A stretch of 64,000 nucleotides of DNA from Chitinophaga pinensis. Its GTDB lineage: Bacteria > Bacteroidota > Bacteroidia > UKL13-3. A program made the translations under genes and the position numbers. Shown piece after piece: positions 29,541 through 39,037 of this stretch. Positions within the stretch are counted from its first letter, which is position 1; each line of letters begins with the position of its first letter. Under the pieces are notes generated by a model. It was not told the origin of the DNA. It saw nothing but the letters and a program-made list of their open reading frames with translations, and ran no database searches. The stretch is taken from contig CAMDHZ010000008.1 of the NCBI GenBank assembly GCA_945898275.1, forward strand, positions 67,542 to 131,541, written 5' to 3'.

Positions 29541-30014
29541 TTACGACAACAACTCTTGTCTAAGGATAAACTCCATTTGATCAGCACTGCGCTCTGCCGC
29601 ATCTGTGCGCTTGGCTTTTGTTCTAATTTCCTCTTCTTCTGCAAACTTAGCGATTGCCTTTTGTATGGTTTCATCCAATAAAGGCTCTTCCCAAGGTTTG
29701 TTTAAGTAAGCGAAAATCTTCCCTAAATTTACAGCATCAACGGTGTCTTCAAAATTGGCAAAACCTGTAAGCATAATTCTGATTGGAAAAGGATGCAGGT
29801 CAACTAGTTTTTTTAAAAATTCTACTCCAGTAATTTCTGGCATGCGTTGGTCGGTTATGACAACTTGAATATCAGGATTTTTCTCTAAAACAACCAAAGC
29901 ATCTAAAGCACTAATTGCAATAAATACATGATATTTTATTCTAAAACATGCCTTAAAAGACATGAGGTTATTTTCTTCATCATCTACATACAATACCTTA
30001 ATCTTTGTACTCAT
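29541..30014 (-). CDS. Stand-alone response-regulator receiver (REC) protein
   Basis: 157 aa with the REC acidic pocket (VLYVDDEENN…DQRMPE). It is paralogous to the REC of the hybrid kinase at 35183 and divergent from the ThiF-nitroreductase operon. Confidence 0.75.
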   Translation of the reverse strand: MSTKIKVLYVDDEENNLMSFKACFRIKYHVFIAISALDALVVLEKNPDIQVVITDQRMPEITGVEFLKKLVDLHPFPIRIMLTGFANFEDTVDAVNLGKIFAYLNKPWEEPLLDETIQKAIAKFAEEEEIRTKAKRTDAAERSADQMEFILRQELLS

Positions 30015-30100
30015 AATGTTTACCTAAACTTAAAATCAAATATAAAAGTAATTATTTATTTTGCTATTATTGTTATTCTAACAGCAATTATAATATTTTA

Positions 30101-32359
30101 ATGGAGTATACGACTTTGCAAATTACGCCTGAAATTTTAAAATTTACCCAAGCTGTTGAACTTGAGGAATGTATTTCAAGTCTTAAAGAAATCAGTCCTT
30201 TAAAGGTATTTGATAGTATTCAATTACAACTTAAAGACCTTTATAAATGTTTACATCCTCAATTGCCCTTTGCAGCCGCTGCATTTGAAATTTGGCTTAA
30301 AGATAGATTGGCAGATAAGCCATTGAGTTGTTATGGTAATTGGATTTGGTACCCTAGAGAGCGGGACCTAGTTCATCTGTTGCCAGAAGAAGAATTTATT
30401 TTGGTTCGAACCAACCGAAATAAATATAAAATAACCCAACAAGAGCAGGATATTTTGAGTGAAAAAGTTGTTGGGATAATTGGCCTTAGTGTTGGTCAAA
30501 CGGTTGCCATTGCCATTGCCATGGAACGTGGTGCTGGAGAAATAAGATTGGCAGATTTTGATACTATTGACCTAAGTAATCTCAATCGATTACGTTGCTC
30601 AATTACTGATATCGATTTAAACAAAGCAGAGATTTGTGCTAGAGAAATATGGAGAATTGACCCCTATCTTAAGGTTCGAATTTTTAAAGAGGGTCTTCAT
30701 GCCGGAAATATTGACGCATTTTTTACAGAAGGAGCTAAGCTCAATTTATTGATTGAAGAATGCGATGCCTTGGACATTAAAGTTTTGGCTAGACACAAGG
30801 CAAAAGAGCTAGGAATTCCAGTTTTAATGGAAACCAATGACCGCTGTTTAATTGACATTGAACGCTTTGATTTGGAACCAGAAAGGCCTTTGCTTCACGG
30901 CTTAATGGGAGACCTAGACCCTGAGAAACTGAAAGGATTAAGTCAGGAAGAAAAAATAACTTATTTGATGCCAATGGTGGGCTTGCAAGCTTTATCCGAG
31001 CGCATGAAAGCCTCAATGATTGAAGTGCAAAGTTCTATAAGCAGTTGGCCGCAATTGGCTTCTGCCGTGACTATGGGAGCTGGAGTGGCAGCAGATTTAA
31101 GTAGAAAGATTCTATTAAATGAGTCCACCGTTTCAGGCAGATTTTATGTTGATTTAGACGAGTTAATTCCACAACCTATTCAACTAAAAACAGCAATTGA
31201 ATTGGAAATCAGACCGGCTTTGTTGCAAGAACAAGAGTTAAAAACATATATTAACAAGGCTCGGTTTGAACCTAGACCAGATTTGTTAGATGAAATAGAG
31301 AAGCAAAATTTATTGAAAGCATGTATACATGCGCCGTCAGGAGGGAATTGCCAGCCATGGAAATTCTATTTTCACCAAGGAAATTTGTATATTTTTCATG
31401 AGCTGCACCATTCTGTTTCTATGTTAGATTTTGGACATTTTGGTACCTATCTATCCATTGGAGCGGTTGTTGAAAATGCTAGAATTTATGCAAATTCACT
31501 GGGTTTGCTTTTGAATTGTAGTTATTTTCCAGATGCAAGTAATACAATGCTTGTGGCGGCATTGAACTTTGAAAAGTCTTTTGGTCAAGTTGGTCATGTT
31601 TTAACTGTGCAACAACTCTTTGAGCGCCATACAAATCGGTTATTTACAATAAGAAAGGAATTAGATGTTGAACATGAAAAAGCCTTGCTCGACTTGATTG
31701 GTTCAAACCGAATTGGCAACCTGACCTTGATTAAAGATGCAGCTGAAATGAAGGAAGTTGCTGAAATATTAACTGAAGCAGAAAAGTTGTTGTTATTGAA
31801 TCCCCGCGGCCATCAAGATATATTTGAAAGAGAAATTCGTTGGACGAAGGAGGAAGCTGAGGCAAAAAGGGATGGAATTGATTTAGCCACATTAAACATG
31901 AGCAAGGCAGAGGTAATTGCCTTAAAAGTAGCTGGCAGCAGAAAAGTAATGGAGTGGGTGAGTAAATTTGATGGGGGCGAGGCATTTAAGAAAAACACTA
32001 AAAAAGTCATTGCTGCCTCTTCTGCAATAGGAATATTAAGTATGCCATTTCAAAATGTTGAGGCATATTTGCATGGGGGAGAATTAATGGAGCGCATCTG
32101 GATAAAATCCAATGCAATGGGATTAGCTTTTCAACCTGTAACGCAGTTCAGCTATTTATTAGCAAGAGCTGTAAACAATGGAAATGGATTGAATAGGGTC
32201 GAATATGAAAAATTGATTGAGTTAAAAAATCAATTAATTTTAAGGTTTCCAAATCTAAATCAAAGGGAGATTGTATTTATTTTTAGAATTGGTTACACCG
32301 AAAAAACACCAGTCATGGCTATGAGAAGGGAGATTGAAACAATGGTAATTAAAGACTAA
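30101..32359 (+). CDS. Rv1355c-like multidomain protein: ThiF/MoeB (E1-like) domain fused to two nitroreductase-family domains
   Basis: The ThiF nucleotide-binding region reads VVGIIGLSVGQTVAIAIAMERGAGEIRLADFDTIDLSNLNRL. The nitroreductase signature is CIHAPSGGNCQPWKFYF (APSxxNxQPW). The size, 752 aa, fits one E1 plus two NR domains. Confidence 0.65.
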   Translation: MEYTTLQITPEILKFTQAVELEECISSLKEISPLKVFDSIQLQLKDLYKCLHPQLPFAAAAFEIWLKDRLADKPLSCYGNWIWYPRERDLVHLLPEEEFILVRTNRNKYKITQQEQDILSEKVVGIIGLSVGQTVAIAIAMERGAGEIRLADFDTIDLSNLNRLRCSITDIDLNKAEICAREIWRIDPYLKVRIFKEGLHAGNIDAFFTEGAKLNLLIEECDALDIKVLARHKAKELGIPVLMETNDRCLIDIERFDLEPERPLLHGLMGDLDPEKLKGLSQEEKITYLMPMVGLQALSERMKASMIEVQSSISSWPQLASAVTMGAGVAADLSRKILLNESTVSGRFYVDLDELIPQPIQLKTAIELEIRPALLQEQELKTYINKARFEPRPDLLDEIEKQNLLKACIHAPSGGNCQPWKFYFHQGNLYIFHELHHSVSMLDFGHFGTYLSIGAVVENARIYANSLGLLLNCSYFPDASNTMLVAALNFEKSFGQVGHVLTVQQLFERHTNRLFTIRKELDVEHEKALLDLIGSNRIGNLTLIKDAAEMKEVAEILTEAEKLLLLNPRGHQDIFEREIRWTKEEAEAKRDGIDLATLNMSKAEVIALKVAGSRKVMEWVSKFDGGEAFKKNTKKVIAASSAIGILSMPFQNVEAYLHGGELMERIWIKSNAMGLAFQPVTQFSYLLARAVNNGNGLNRVEYEKLIELKNQLILRFPNLNQREIVFIFRIGYTEKTPVMAMRREIETMVIKD

Positions 32360-33046
32360 ATGATTAGAATTCGTGCATTTAAGGTGACGGATGACCACTC
32401 CGCCTGCTTGAGGTACATCAAGGGGCACCATTTGGTATTAGAGTCTTATGGCGTTACTAAGGTTACATCTTTAAATGCAGATTGGATAGATGACCCCAAT
32501 ACTTATGCGATTATAGTTGAATCAGAAGACAGCAAAAAGGTTTATGGTGGAGGCAGGGTTCAGATTAAAAGTGATACCTTAAAAATGCCTATGGAAGATG
32601 CAATAGCCATTTTGGATGATAGAATTTATGACTATACTGAAAAAATTGGGAAGTATCAGGTTGCAGAGTTTTGTGGGCTTTGGAATTCTAAAGAAATAGC
32701 TGGATATGGAATAGGTAGCATTTATATGGGCAGAGTGGGCGTTGCAGTAGCCTCCCAGCTTGGTGTGCAATTAATGGCCTTATGTTCACCAGGAACCTTA
32801 CGCAATTGCTTAAAAGTAGGATTTGATATCATAAGAGAGTTAGGGAACAACGGAACTTTTTATTATCCTAAGGAAGATTTAACGGCAACTGCACTTATAA
32901 TTAATGATTTAGTTAATTTACCTTTTGCCAATCCAGATGAAAAATTGGCAATTGAAAAAATAAAATCTAACTTGAGCGGCGGAGCTACAGAAAAAGGGCC
33001 AAAAGGCGTAATGGATTTTATATATGATTTGCAAATAAACCGATGA
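32360..33046 (+). CDS. Hypothetical protein (228 aa), co-operonic with the ThiF-nitroreductase protein
   Basis: It starts on the nucleotide after the upstream stop and overlaps the downstream kinase by 4 nt. I recognised no motif. A GNAT-like fold is possible but unproven. Confidence 0.4.
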   Translation: MIRIRAFKVTDDHSACLRYIKGHHLVLESYGVTKVTSLNADWIDDPNTYAIIVESEDSKKVYGGGRVQIKSDTLKMPMEDAIAILDDRIYDYTEKIGKYQVAEFCGLWNSKEIAGYGIGSIYMGRVGVAVASQLGVQLMALCSPGTLRNCLKVGFDIIRELGNNGTFYYPKEDLTATALIINDLVNLPFANPDEKLAIEKIKSNLSGGATEKGPKGVMDFIYDLQINR

Positions 33047-35190
33047 AGAAAATTATACTTTTTTTAAGTTTCTTGCTTACTTCAATGCTTTCATTTGGGC
33101 AGAAGCCTATTCTATTTGAAGGGACCAAGCAACTTGTCTTTCAACAAAGTATTTATTTTATTGATTCATCAAAAGTTGCTGGTCCAAATGAAGTAAATCA
33201 AGCTATACATGAAGGAAAGGGTTTTGCAGGGGTATTAGATTTAGACTATACAAAGTATCCTGTTTGGGTATATTTAAAAGTTTTGAATAAATCAAAAAGT
33301 AACCGGTTAACCATAACCATAGAAAATCCATTAATAGATTCAGCCGCCTTATTTTTGATTAATGATTCGCCACTTCCTTATCAACAAAATTATCTAGGTG
33401 AGGGGTATAAAAATCGTGCCTTAGCTGGAACTTATATAAGATTTAATTTACCTTCTGAAATAGGGGATACTAGTACATTTTTGTTAAAAGTATCAGGTAC
33501 AGAACAAATGCTTTTGCCTTTTTCAATTCAAACCGAAAAGGAAAGTCTTTCTAGTTCCATGGAACGAAATTTAATTTACGGTATTTTTATTGGTGTAGTG
33601 CTTGTAATGTTCTTTTATAACCTCTTTGTGTTTTTCTCCACAAGAGACCAAAATTACTTTTATTACATTCTTTATATACTTTTTATAGGTTTGGGTCAAG
33701 CCACCTTGAGTGGACATATTTACGCTTTATTGTTGGGTGATTATGCCGTTTTACATAAACTTTCTATCGTTGTTTTGCCAGCAATGTCGGGTGTTACTGC
33801 GATTTTATTTATTCAACATTTTTTGCAAGTAGAAAAGTTTGAACCTAAATTAAATAAGGCGCTTTGGGTGGTTTTAGTTTCTTATGGATTGGCTGCTTTT
33901 GTGAGAATAATTGGCTATCATCAAATTAGTGCAAGAATGATGGATAGCATTGGATTACCTGGTGCAGCTTTGGTTTACATAATTGCCATAAGAATTTATA
34001 AAAAGGGAGTTAAATCGGCCATTTATTTTATCATTGCTTGGACTGTCTTCATTATTGGGGTTGCCCTTTTTGTGTTGCGGAATTTTGGTTTGGTTCCTTT
34101 AACACCTATTACAACCTATACCTTACCATTTGGAGCGGCAATAGAAGTTGCTCTGTTATCTTTTGCCCTAGCCAACAAGATAAACACGCTTCAATCCGAA
34201 AAAAGTGAAAAGGAAAAGGAAGTAATGATAGCCATGTTAGAGAATGAGCGACTAGTGCGAGAACAAAATGAGATTTTGGAGCATAAAGTTAAGGAAAGAA
34301 CTACCGAATTGTATCAATCAAACAACCAATTATCTGAAGCAATTACCAATTTAAGAAACACCCAAACCCAACTAATTGAACAAGAGAAAATGGCGTCTTT
34401 GGGTCAGCTTACTGCTGGAATAGCGCATGAAATAAACAATCCAATAAACTTTGTAACTTCGAATATTAGTCCTTTGAAAAGGGATATTAAAATGCTAACT
34501 GATTTAATACATGCCCTCGAGGAACAAGTTGGTTTAGAAGGCAGCATTGAAGAGAAGAAAGCTAAAATAGAAAGTTTAAAGGAGGAAATTGACTATGAAT
34601 ATTTGCAAGAAGAACTTGGCTTTTTGCTAAAAGGAATTGATGATGGAGCCCACAGAACTTCTGAAATAGTAAAAGGTTTAAGGATATTTGCAAGGCAAGA
34701 TGAAGACGCACTGCTCGAAGCTGATTTAATAGAAGGGATTAACTCAACGCTTGTCATTTTGAACAATCAATTAGCTGGAATTAAGATTGAAAAGGATATG
34801 CCAACGCATCTTCCTATTCAATGTTATCCAGGAAAACTCAATCAGGTTTTTCTTAACTTGCTAAGTAATGCAATTTATGCTATTCATGAAAGACATAAAG
34901 ATTCTGAAAATGGATTGATTATTATAAAGGTTGAACAACAGGAAGATGATGTTTTTATTAAACTTGAGGATAATGGAACTGGCATGTCTGAAGAGGTGAA
35001 GAATAAAGTGTTTGAACCCTTTTTTACTACCAAACCTGTTGGAGACGGAACAGGATTAGGTATGTCAATAGTTTTTAAAACCATAGAAATGCATCATGGG
35101 AAAATTAAGGTAGAATCCCAATTAGGAAAGGGAACTTCCTTTGAAATAATTTTGAAAAAATCTATAAACCAAACTTCTAAAAATGTCTGA
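33043..35190 (+). CDS. 7TMR-DISM sensor histidine kinase
   Basis: It has a signal peptide and an extracytoplasmic 7TMR-DISM-type domain, then 7 TM helices and a coiled coil. The HisKA H-box is LTAGIAHEINNPINFV. The HATPase_c motifs are DNGTGM and GTGLGMSI. Confidence 0.8.
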   Translation: MKKIILFLSFLLTSMLSFGQKPILFEGTKQLVFQQSIYFIDSSKVAGPNEVNQAIHEGKGFAGVLDLDYTKYPVWVYLKVLNKSKSNRLTITIENPLIDSAALFLINDSPLPYQQNYLGEGYKNRALAGTYIRFNLPSEIGDTSTFLLKVSGTEQMLLPFSIQTEKESLSSSMERNLIYGIFIGVVLVMFFYNLFVFFSTRDQNYFYYILYILFIGLGQATLSGHIYALLLGDYAVLHKLSIVVLPAMSGVTAILFIQHFLQVEKFEPKLNKALWVVLVSYGLAAFVRIIGYHQISARMMDSIGLPGAALVYIIAIRIYKKGVKSAIYFIIAWTVFIIGVALFVLRNFGLVPLTPITTYTLPFGAAIEVALLSFALANKINTLQSEKSEKEKEVMIAMLENERLVREQNEILEHKVKERTTELYQSNNQLSEAITNLRNTQTQLIEQEKMASLGQLTAGIAHEINNPINFVTSNISPLKRDIKMLTDLIHALEEQVGLEGSIEEKKAKIESLKEEIDYEYLQEELGFLLKGIDDGAHRTSEIVKGLRIFARQDEDALLEADLIEGINSTLVILNNQLAGIKIEKDMPTHLPIQCYPGKLNQVFLNLLSNAIYAIHERHKDSENGLIIIKVEQQEDDVFIKLEDNGTGMSEEVKNKVFEPFFTTKPVGDGTGLGMSIVFKTIEMHHGKIKVESQLGKGTSFEIILKKSINQTSKNV

Positions 35191-36277
35191 ATTAAAATTA
35201 GCCAAACCAGTTGTTCTTTATGTAGATGATGAACGCAATAATTTGATGTCATTTAAGGCTTCTTTCCGTTTGGATTTTGAAGTATTATTAGCAAATTCAC
35301 CAGATGAAGCTTTTGATTTACTGAAGAAGCATAAACCGCAAGTAATCATTTCGGATTATAGAATGCCTTTCATGACTGGCGTAGAGATGTTTGAGAAAAT
35401 TCGCTTAATCCATCCAGAACCTTTTCGCGTTTTGCTAACTGCGTACGGAGATGTTGAAGCTTTAACTGATGCAATTAATAAAGGTCAAATATTTCGATAC
35501 ATAAAAAAGCCTTGGATAGAAGATGAAATAAGAAACGTAGTAAAAGATGCCACCGAGTATTACCATACCAAATGGTTGCTAGAAGAAAAAAATAGAGAAT
35601 TGGCTGAAGCATACAAAGAATTGGATAGATTTGTTTACTCTGTTTCCCATGATTTACGTTCACCACTTATGGGTATTTTAGCCATTGCAGGTTTCCTTCA
35701 AAAAACTCAGAAAATGGATGAGGTGCATGAGTTTGGAGACATGATTACCAGTAATGTTACTAGATTAGATGAATTTATCTCTAACCTATTGGAGTACTAT
35801 AAAGTTAAACGCGGGGAACTTACCATTTCCAGTGTAAAATTTGATAAATTATTGGATGAAATCAAGGGTATTTATGCCATCGAGATGATGGAAAAGAAAA
35901 TCAATTGTGAAATTTTTGTTACCCAAAATGAAGAATTTAGAAGCGATAAACTTGTTTTGTTAATTGTGATTCAAAATTTAATATCCAATTCTATCAAATA
36001 TCAAAAACTCGATAATCCTGATAAACAAATATTAATGTCTGCAACAGTGAACAGGGGAGAAGTTACTATTATTGTAAAAGACAATGGAATTGGCATTGGC
36101 AAAGAATTCCAACCTAGGGTATTTGAAATGTTTTTTAGGGCATCCTCTCAAGCTATGGGCTCTGGAATTGGCCTTTATAACGCTAATATGGCACTTAATA
36201 AACTAGGCGGAGAAATAGCCATTGAGTCTGATACAGGACAAGGAACAGCCTTCATTCTTAAAATTCCGAGCAAATAG
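35183..36277 (+). CDS. Hybrid response regulator-histidine kinase (REC + HisKA + HATPase_c)
   Basis: The N-terminal REC reads VVLYVDDERNNLMSFK…DYRMPFMTG. The H-box reads SVSHDLRSPLMGI. The HATPase motifs are DNGIGIG and GSGIGL. It overlaps the upstream kinase by 8 nt. Confidence 0.8.
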   Translation: MSELKLAKPVVLYVDDERNNLMSFKASFRLDFEVLLANSPDEAFDLLKKHKPQVIISDYRMPFMTGVEMFEKIRLIHPEPFRVLLTAYGDVEALTDAINKGQIFRYIKKPWIEDEIRNVVKDATEYYHTKWLLEEKNRELAEAYKELDRFVYSVSHDLRSPLMGILAIAGFLQKTQKMDEVHEFGDMITSNVTRLDEFISNLLEYYKVKRGELTISSVKFDKLLDEIKGIYAIEMMEKKINCEIFVTQNEEFRSDKLVLLIVIQNLISNSIKYQKLDNPDKQILMSATVNRGEVTIIVKDNGIGIGKEFQPRVFEMFFRASSQAMGSGIGLYNANMALNKLGGEIAIESDTGQGTAFILKIPSK

Positions 36278-36318
36278 AAATTCTTGCGCAAACAGCTCTT
36301 CTTGCTTAACTTGCGTGA

Positions 36319-39033
36319 ATGAAATTTTTAAAAATTTTTGGAATTAGCTTAGTTGTTTTATTCCTACTCTTATTAATCGCTCCTTTTCTTTTTAAAGGTA
36401 AAATTGTAGCTGCTGTAAAAAGTGCAACAAACGAGCAACTCAATGCCACGCTTTCTTTTAATGAAGACATTGGCTTGAGCTTAATCAGTAGTTTCCCTAA
36501 TCTATCTTTAACCATTAAAGATATTACGCTAATTAACAAAGCGCCATTTCTTGGAGATACGCTTTTTGCAACCAAAGAATTTAACGCTGTTTTAGATATT
36601 ATGAGCGTTATTAATGGGGAGCAAATCAATATTCGAAAAGTATTCTTGGATCAACCCAAAATTTATGCAGCAATTCTCCCTGATGGTTCTGCCAATTGGG
36701 ATATTACCTTAGTAGATTCAACTGCGTCACAAACGCCAGAGGATACTGCTAGTTCAGCCTTTTCTCTCAAATTAAGAAGCCTTGAAATCAAAGAAGGGCA
36801 TCTAATTTATGACGACAAACAAGGCAATATGAAAGCCGCTCTTCATAACCTTAATTATAAACTTTCTGGAGATTTTTCAGAAACACTTATGACAATGTTA
36901 AGCAATCTTTCTATTGAAGCGCTAACCTATGAAATGGATGGGATAACTTATTTAAACAAAGTTAAGGCTGCAATGGACGGAACTATTGAGGCAAATCTCA
37001 ACCAAATGCAGTTTGCCTTTAAAGAGAATACTTTTAAGCTTAATGCCCTAGAAATGGGTCTTGATGGTAACTTGGCCATGCCAGGTGATGACATGATTAT
37101 GGACCTCAAATGGGGGGTTAAACAAAATGATATTGCACAATTCTTATCCTTAATTCCTGCAGTTTACGCCAGCGATATGAAAGACCTTCAATCAAAAGGT
37201 AAGCTTACTTTAAACGGTTTTATCAAAGGAACTTATAATGAAACCTTAATGCCAGGTTTCGGTTTGAACCTAAGCATTGAAGAGGGTTGGTTTAAATACA
37301 CCGCTTTGCCCTATCCTTTAGAAGCATTGAATGTGAAGTTATCAGTTAATAATCCTGATGGAGTGCCAGACCATACCGAGATCAACCTTGAGAAATTACA
37401 TTGGTTATTACAAGGTGATGCTTTTGACGCCAAACTAATTGCAAAAACACCAGAAAGTGATCCTTATGTTGACGCTGTTTTTGCAGGGAAAATTAACCTA
37501 GGAAACCTAGGCAATTTAGTTCCGCTGCCAACAGGCACACAATTGCAAGGCGTTTTAACATCAGACCTTGCCGCAAAAGGAAATATGAGCACCTTAGATA
37601 AAGGCAATTATGAAGCCTTCGAAGCCAAAGGAAGCTTGCAAATTTCTAAATTGCTATATGCTTCATCTGATTTGCCGAAGCCTTTCAAGATTAATGAAGC
37701 AAGCATGAATTTTACGCCAAAGCAAGTGCTGCTTAATAATTTCGACGCTTCCATTGGCAATAGCGATTTTAAACTAAATGGTGCTTTAGAGAATTTTTAT
37801 GGATACTACTTAGGCAATGCAGTGCTCAAAGGGAACTTAAACCTTAACAGCCAATTGCTGGATGCTAACGAATGGTTAAGTGAAGACCCAGAGGCTGCCA
37901 CAGAGGATACAGCTGCAATGAGCATTGTACTTTTGCCAGAAAATATAGATTTTCAATTTAATAGCAATATTCAGAAATTACTATACACCAACATGGAAAT
38001 TACCAACTTCAAGGGAGGTGTTCATTTGGCAAATAAGCAATTAGATTTACAAAAAATTGCATTGGACTTATTAGGTTCAAACATGAAGTTGGATGGCTTT
38101 TATGAAACTAAAAATCCAATGGTGCCAACAACCAAAATTGACTTTAGCATCCAGAATTTAGATGTTCAGGCTGCTTATAAAACCTTCAATACTGTTAAGA
38201 AATTGGCGCCAGCAGCAGAAAACATCAGTGGAAAAATTAGTACAGTATTTACTATGAATACAGCTTTAACTTCCACCATGCAACCTGATTTAAATACCTT
38301 GATAGCTGAAGGATATTTGAGTATTCCACAGGCATCAATTGGAAACATTAATGCCCTTAACAAGGTTGCCGAGGTCTTAGCAAAACCAGAGTACAAACAA
38401 GTTTCAGTTACAAATGCAAAAATAAACTGGAAGGTATTAAATGGTAGAGTTTATACTGAACCTTTTAATGTGAAAATGGGTACACAAAACATTGAGTTAA
38501 GTGGTTCAACTGGTTTGGATCAAACCATTGCCTATAATGGATTAATAAATATTCCACGTAAAGATCTTGGTGCAGCCGATGCCGCAATCAATTCGGCCAT
38601 TAAACAGTTTAACTCAGCATTAGGTTCAGACCTTAAACTAAATGAAACATTACCATTGGTGTTAAACATTGGAGGCACTTTTACCAAGCCAGAAGTTAAA
38701 ACTAACCTAAAAGATTTGTTAAGTAATCAAGCGGGTTCTGTTAAAGATAAAGCCTTAGAGGAGGCAAAAAAGAAAGCCAAAGAGCTAGAAGCAAAAGCAC
38801 GTGAAGATGCTGCAAAACTGCGCAAAGAGGCTGAGGATAAAGCAAAGGCTGAGTCCCAAAAATTGAAATCAGAAGCAGAGGCTAAGGTAAATGCCGAGAA
38901 AGAAAAATTGAAGAAAGAAGCTGAGGCTAAAAAGAAAGAAGCAGAGGCCAAGGCCAAAGCAGAAGCCGACAAAGCTAAGAAGCAAGCTGAAGAAGAGGCT
39001 AAAAAGAAGTTAAAGGGACTTCTAAAACCATAA
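36319..39033 (+). CDS. AsmA-family protein with a K/E/A-rich low-complexity C-terminal tail
   Basis: 904 aa with an N-terminal TM anchor and a long beta-rich AsmA-like body. The last ~95 aa are coiled-coil-like (KKAKELEAKAREDAAKLRKEAEDKAKAE…). Confidence 0.6.
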   Translation: MKFLKIFGISLVVLFLLLLIAPFLFKGKIVAAVKSATNEQLNATLSFNEDIGLSLISSFPNLSLTIKDITLINKAPFLGDTLFATKEFNAVLDIMSVINGEQINIRKVFLDQPKIYAAILPDGSANWDITLVDSTASQTPEDTASSAFSLKLRSLEIKEGHLIYDDKQGNMKAALHNLNYKLSGDFSETLMTMLSNLSIEALTYEMDGITYLNKVKAAMDGTIEANLNQMQFAFKENTFKLNALEMGLDGNLAMPGDDMIMDLKWGVKQNDIAQFLSLIPAVYASDMKDLQSKGKLTLNGFIKGTYNETLMPGFGLNLSIEEGWFKYTALPYPLEALNVKLSVNNPDGVPDHTEINLEKLHWLLQGDAFDAKLIAKTPESDPYVDAVFAGKINLGNLGNLVPLPTGTQLQGVLTSDLAAKGNMSTLDKGNYEAFEAKGSLQISKLLYASSDLPKPFKINEASMNFTPKQVLLNNFDASIGNSDFKLNGALENFYGYYLGNAVLKGNLNLNSQLLDANEWLSEDPEAATEDTAAMSIVLLPENIDFQFNSNIQKLLYTNMEITNFKGGVHLANKQLDLQKIALDLLGSNMKLDGFYETKNPMVPTTKIDFSIQNLDVQAAYKTFNTVKKLAPAAENISGKISTVFTMNTALTSTMQPDLNTLIAEGYLSIPQASIGNINALNKVAEVLAKPEYKQVSVTNAKINWKVLNGRVYTEPFNVKMGTQNIELSGSTGLDQTIAYNGLINIPRKDLGAADAAINSAIKQFNSALGSDLKLNETLPLVLNIGGTFTKPEVKTNLKDLLSNQAGSVKDKALEEAKKKAKELEAKAREDAAKLRKEAEDKAKAESQKLKSEAEAKVNAEKEKLKKEAEAKKKEAEAKAKAEADKAKKQAEEEAKKKLKGLLKP

Positions 39034-39037
39034 CAGC

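Noticed and set aside
36306-36629. 107-aa minus-strand ORF overlapping the AsmA gene start
   Set aside because: It is antisense to the N-terminal TM/signal region of a well-supported 904-aa gene. It has no motif and I take it to be a chance ORF.
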